A stretch of 63,665 bases of DNA, the filler included, from an uncultured Synergistales bacterium (GTDB lineage Bacteria; Synergistota; Synergistia; Synergistales; Aminobacteriaceae): NCBI GenBank assembly GCA_937897575.1. It is 5 parts of 5 records of this genome, joined end to end, with 100 filler letters (N's around TTAATTAATTAA, not from the genome) between each part and the next. Parts side by side here need not be neighbours in the genome. Positions count along the whole stretch, not along the records: positions 41,762 to 62,109 come from CALCQG010000031.1; positions 62,210 to 63,665 come from CALCQG010000084.1; 3 more parts are not named here. One strand, 5' to 3'. Shown one piece after another: positions 60,343-63,665 of this stretch (position 1 is the first letter of the stretch; each line of letters opens with the position of its first letter). Position numbers and translations under genes: made by a program. A model generated the notes under the pieces. That model did no database searches and had not been told where the DNA came from. It was given only the letters and a program-made list of their open reading frames with translations.

Positions 60343-61196
60343 CGCTGGAGTTCCCTCCAGAGCGCCTCTCGTGCCCCATAGGCCATCCGGCGGATTCCCG
60401 AAAGGGAGAGTGCGCTCTCCGGCGAGGCGAGCCCGGCGTTGAGTTCGGCGAAGGCGCGCTCCGTGGTGACGAAGGTCAGCCCGACGACCTCGGAGCCGTC
60501 GGCGTGCCGGTCGTCCGTGAAGGTCATGCGGGTCCCCAGACGGGCGTCCTGCAGGAAGGATGCATAGGCTTGGGCCGCTTCCCGCGTCGGGAAGGAGACG
60601 CTCGCCCGACAGAGCCCGGCCATGGCAGCGAAGTCCCGGGCCATGACCTCCGCCCGCCGGTTGAGGTCCTCGAGGGACCCGTCGTTCTCGATGACCATCG
60701 TCGCCAGCCTCTTTTTCTGGCTCCGCGGCAGGAGGTGGGCCTCCCGGCGCCGAATCTCCCCGTCGTCCCACCCTCTTGCGGCGTTTCGTCTCAGGCGGAC
60801 GGAGTCCGAGGCCGTCACGTACACCGTGGCGTCGATCCACCAGGGGACGCCGCCCTCGAAGAGCAGCGGGATCTCCGCCACGACCCATCCGTCGAGGGAT
60901 GCCGCAGCACGTTCCATCTCGATGCGGACCGGCGGATGAAGAAGGTCGCAGAGCCAGCGGTACTCCCTCTCGTCGCCGAAGGCCGCCTCGGCCGCCTTTC
61001 CCGGGATGAGGGCTCCCCTCTCGTCCAGGATGTGCGGGCCCCATCGATCAACGGCCCGGCGGAGGATATCCCCGCGGCGCCAGAGGGCATGCACGATCCG
61101 GTCGGCGTCCAGCAGCGCGGCGCCGGCCTGTTCCCACAGCTTCGCGACAGTGGACTTACCAGCCCCAACGTCGCCTGTTACTGCCAGGGCCAACAT
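60339..61196 (-). CDS. coaE: Dephospho-CoA kinase with a C-terminal extension of about 90 aa
   Basis: TGDVGAGKSTV, DADRIVH, LHP.V, EIPLLFE and VIENDGS motifs. Confidence 0.88.
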   Translation of the reverse strand: MLALAVTGDVGAGKSTVAKLWEQAGAALLDADRIVHALWRRGDILRRAVDRWGPHILDERGALIPGKAAEAAFGDEREYRWLCDLLHPPVRIEMERAAASLDGWVVAEIPLLFEGGVPWWIDATVYVTASDSVRLRRNAARGWDDGEIRRREAHLLPRSQKKRLATMVIENDGSLEDLNRRAEVMARDFAAMAGLCRASVSFPTREAAQAYASFLQDARLGTRMTFTDDRHADGSEVVGLTFVTTERAFAELNAGLASPESALSLSGIRRMAYGAREALWRELQR

Positions 61197-62109
61197 AGGA
61201 CCTCTCCTCCTCGCCTCGGTCGTCGACGCGCTTGAAGCTGTCGGGTATCTCCCAGAGGAAGCGGGAGAACCCGTTCCGGAAGGTCGTCCCGAAGAGGCGC
61301 CGCGATCTGGCTCCCGACATGTAGAGGCGCTCCTCCGCCCGCGTCATGCCGACGTAGCACAGGCGCCGCTCCTCCTCCATCTCGTCCCGCGACTCCAGGG
61401 ATTTGAAGTGGGGGAAGACGGCCTCCTCGAGCCCCACGAGAAACACGACGGGGAACTCGAGCCCTTTGGCCGCGTGGAGCGTCAGGAGGTTCACCGACCC
61501 CTTCTCCCCGAAGTCGGCCTTCTCCAGATCGGTGAAGAGCGCCGCCTCGGCCAGCATCTCCGCCAGGGACTCCCCAGCCGGGACGATGGAGCGGAGCTCC
61601 CGGATGTTCTCCAGCCGCTCCTCCCATCCGTCGGGGTCGTCGCGCCGGAGGGTGGCCTCGTAGCCGACGGTGTCCAGAATGTAGAGGAGGAGCCCGTCGA
61701 GGTCCTCCTCTTTCGAGAGCAGGGCGAGCATGTGCTGGGCCAGCCCTCTGGCCCCTTGGCCCGCCTTGCCTCCGAAGGTCTCCTTGTCGTCGAGGAGGGC
61801 CCTCCAGTACTCCTCCGCCGGGCGAGCCGAGAGCCCGTCGAAGAAGGAGGATATCTTCTCGATGCCCTTCTTCCCGAGGCCCCGGGCCGGGACGTTCCCT
61901 ATCCGCGACAGGGAGGCCCGGTCCAGGGGGTTGACGGCCGTCCTAAGGTAGGACAGCACGTCCTTCACCTCTTTTCTTTCGTAGAAGGCCGTTCCCCGGA
62001 CGATCCGGTAGGGCAGGTAGTTCTCCAGGAACTTCTGCTCGTACACCCGGCTCATGGCGTTGATCCGGTACAGGATGGCCATGTCGCCGTAGCTGTACCC
62101 CTCCTCCTC
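61156..62109 (-). CDS. pcrA: UvrD/PcrA helicase, C-terminal part (5'-truncated)
   Basis: AILYR.N, FYERKEVKD, TLHAAKGLEF and EERRLCYVGMTRA motifs. Confidence 0.94.
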   Translation of the reverse strand, partial: EEEGYSYGDMAILYRINAMSRVYEQKFLENYLPYRIVRGTAFYERKEVKDVLSYLRTAVNPLDRASLSRIGNVPARGLGKKGIEKISSFFDGLSARPAEEYWRALLDDKETFGGKAGQGARGLAQHMLALLSKEEDLDGLLLYILDTVGYEATLRRDDPDGWEERLENIRELRSIVPAGESLAEMLAEAALFTDLEKADFGEKGSVNLLTLHAAKGLEFPVVFLVGLEEAVFPHFKSLESRDEMEEERRLCYVGMTRAEERLYMSGARSRRLFGTTFRNGFSRFLWEIPDSFKRVDDRGEEERSYVGPGSNRRRWGW

Positions 62110-62209
62110 NNNNNNNNNNNNNNNNNNNNNNNNNNNNNNNNNNNNNNNNNNNNTTAATTAATTAANNNNNNNNNNNNNNNNNNNNNNNNNNNNNNNNNNN
62201 NNNNNNNNN
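62110..62209. other. Artificial contig linker
   Basis: N44-TTAATTAATTAA-N44. Confidence 0.97.
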
Positions 62210-62210
62210 G

Positions 62211-62417
62211 ATGATCGAGGAGGCCAACGCGGAGATGGACCCGGCGAAGCGCGAGGTCATGCTTCAGGCCGCATGGGAGAAGATCGACGAGCTGCACCCC
62301 GACGTGGCCCTCTCCATCCCCAGCGAGCTCTACGGGGCACGGAAGGATCTTGTGGGGCTTGAGAACTTGGGAGACGGCCGCCAGAACTACCTGGGCGACC
62401 TGACGCTGCAGCAATAG
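62211..62417 (+). CDS. C-terminal fragment of a family-5 ABC substrate-binding protein
   Basis: IEEANAEMDPAKR..LQAAWEKI..LHP.V.L pattern; a family-5 SBP gene follows immediately. Confidence 0.65.
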   Translation: MIEEANAEMDPAKREVMLQAAWEKIDELHPDVALSIPSELYGARKDLVGLENLGDGRQNYLGDLTLQQ

Positions 62418-62427
62418 TGCGAGAGAG

Positions 62428-62454
62428 GGGGCGGAAGAGAACTTCCGCCCCTTT
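62428..62454 (+). terminator. Stem-loop between tandem SBP genes
   Basis: GGGGCGGAAG-AGAA-CTTCCGCCCC-TTT. Confidence 0.55.
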
Positions 62455-62498
62455 GGAGAGACGGAACCACGACTTTTTGACGAACAAGGAGAGACGAT

Positions 62499-63665
62499 AT
62501 GACACGAAGAAGACTGGTATTGCTGATATCCGTTGTACTGTTCGGCCTCGCGGGGGCCCTGTCGGCGTCCGCGGCGGAGATGGAGCGGTTCACCCTAGGA
62601 CTCCCCGGTGACGCCAAGACGCTGGACCCCCAGCAGTCGGTGGACACCCTGTCCTTCATAGTGACGAAACAGATCCAGGAGCCGCTGGTGACGGTGGACG
62701 GAGAGACGAGAGCCCTTGTCCCCGTGCTGGCGGAGAAGTGGGAGATTCTGGACCCGGAGACCTACAAGTTCTATCTGAAGAAGGGCGTGAAGTTTCACAA
62801 CGGCGACGAGCTCACCGCCGAGGACGTGGTGTTCTCCCTGAAGCGGGCGGCGTCCAAGGACTCGGTCCATGCGGGGTCCCGGGGGCGGTACATCAATGTG
62901 GACGGATTCGAGATCGTGGACAAGTACACGGTCATCGTTCGGACCAACGGCCCGGTGGGGGGATGGCTGGACTCCATGAAGCACCCCTACGCGAGCATCT
63001 ACAGCAAGAGAGCCGTGGAAGAGGGCGGCGCTGAGTACTTCCGCAACCCCGTAGGGACTGGCCCCTTCAAGTTCGAGCGATTCGACGACTACCACGGCAA
63101 AAAGGCGAACTTCAAGGACCTCGTCATGCTGGTGCTCCCCGATGACAGCAGCCGGGTCATCGCCCTCGAGACGGGCAAGGTGGACATGGTGTACGGCATT
63201 CCGCCGAGCGACGTGGATCGGCTGAACAGCGCCGAAAAGGCGAAGGTGGTCCGGGCGCCGGGGCTCGGCCTGATCTACCTCGGCATGAACACTCAGAAGA
63301 AGCCCATGGACGACCCCCGGGTGCGGCTGGCCATGGAGTACGCCATCAACAAAGAGGCCTACGACGCCGTGGTCTATCAGGGCAATTCGGTGCGCCCCGC
63401 GGGGCCTCTTCTGCCGGCGAGCACCTTCACCCCGGAGAACCCCAAGACTTACGGCTACGACATTGAGAAGGCCAGGGAGCTCCTGAAGGAGGCGGGGTAC
63501 CCCGACGGATTCACGGCGGAGCTGTGGATCAGCAACTTCCAGGACCGGGTGAACGGCGCCACGGTGCTCCAGTCCATGCTGGGCCAGATCGGCATCAAGG
63601 TGAACATCCAGGTCTTCGAGTCGGGGGTCTTCGACGAGAAGGTCCACGAGGGGACCTTCGACATG
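62499..63665 (+). CDS. Dipeptide/oligopeptide ABC substrate-binding protein (family 5), runs off the window
   Basis: Hand translation from ATG 62499 (RBS AAGGAG): signal peptide, TLDP, LAEKWE, LKKGVKFHNG.ELTAEDVVFS, PVGTGPF, RVRLAM.YAINK and YDIEKARELLKEAGY. Missing from the track because it has no stop. Confidence 0.9.
   Translation, partial: MTRRRLVLLISVVLFGLAGALSASAAEMERFTLGLPGDAKTLDPQQSVDTLSFIVTKQIQEPLVTVDGETRALVPVLAEKWEILDPETYKFYLKKGVKFHNGDELTAEDVVFSLKRAASKDSVHAGSRGRYINVDGFEIVDKYTVIVRTNGPVGGWLDSMKHPYASIYSKRAVEEGGAEYFRNPVGTGPFKFERFDDYHGKKANFKDLVMLVLPDDSSRVIALETGKVDMVYGIPPSDVDRLNSAEKAKVVRAPGLGLIYLGMNTQKKPMDDPRVRLAMEYAINKEAYDAVVYQGNSVRPAGPLLPASTFTPENPKTYGYDIEKARELLKEAGYPDGFTAELWISNFQDRVNGATVLQSMLGQIGIKVNIQVFESGVFDEKVHEGTFDM

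Overview
High-GC bacterial sequence, probably an anaerobic diderm such as Synergistota (inference from gene content, not from a search). The window is five contigs joined by artificial N44-TTAATTAATTAA-N44 linkers (1-24392, 24493-33023, 33124-41661, 41762-62109, 62210-63665), so neighbourhoods across linkers are not real. Most of it is housekeeping: a disrupted YgiQ radical SAM gene, an EamA transporter, a complete 14-gene Mbh-type (Mrp-linked group 4) [NiFe]-hydrogenase operon, gltX, polA, a SurA-like chaperone, tRNA-Ser(GCT), tRNA-Arg(ACG), tadA, ompH, a DRTGG/Ser-Thr kinase/[FeFe]-hydrogenase-like cluster, uvrAB-ftsH-hpt-tilS-tRNA-Met, rseP-ispG-argF, nikR, nadE, yebC-ruvCAB, hemW-lepA, purCSQLFMNHDE, argG, surE, a site-2 protease, a DHH/CBS tRNA nucleotidyltransferase, coaE, pcrA and two peptide ABC binding proteins. 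No CRISPR array, prophage or transposase was seen. The best leads are: (1) a small zinc-ribbon ORF missing from the ORF track (36064-36249), in which the last CxxC cysteine is an in-frame UGA followed 11 nt later by a SECIS-like hairpin, i.e. a candidate selenoprotein; (2) an attenuator-like leader with alternative hairpins in front of argG; (3) an MbhN subunit carrying an extra fused ferredoxin domain; (4) a catalytically degenerate nitrilase-fold gene next to nadE; (5) a CoaE with a CutA-like tail. Several probable assembly artefacts are also flagged.
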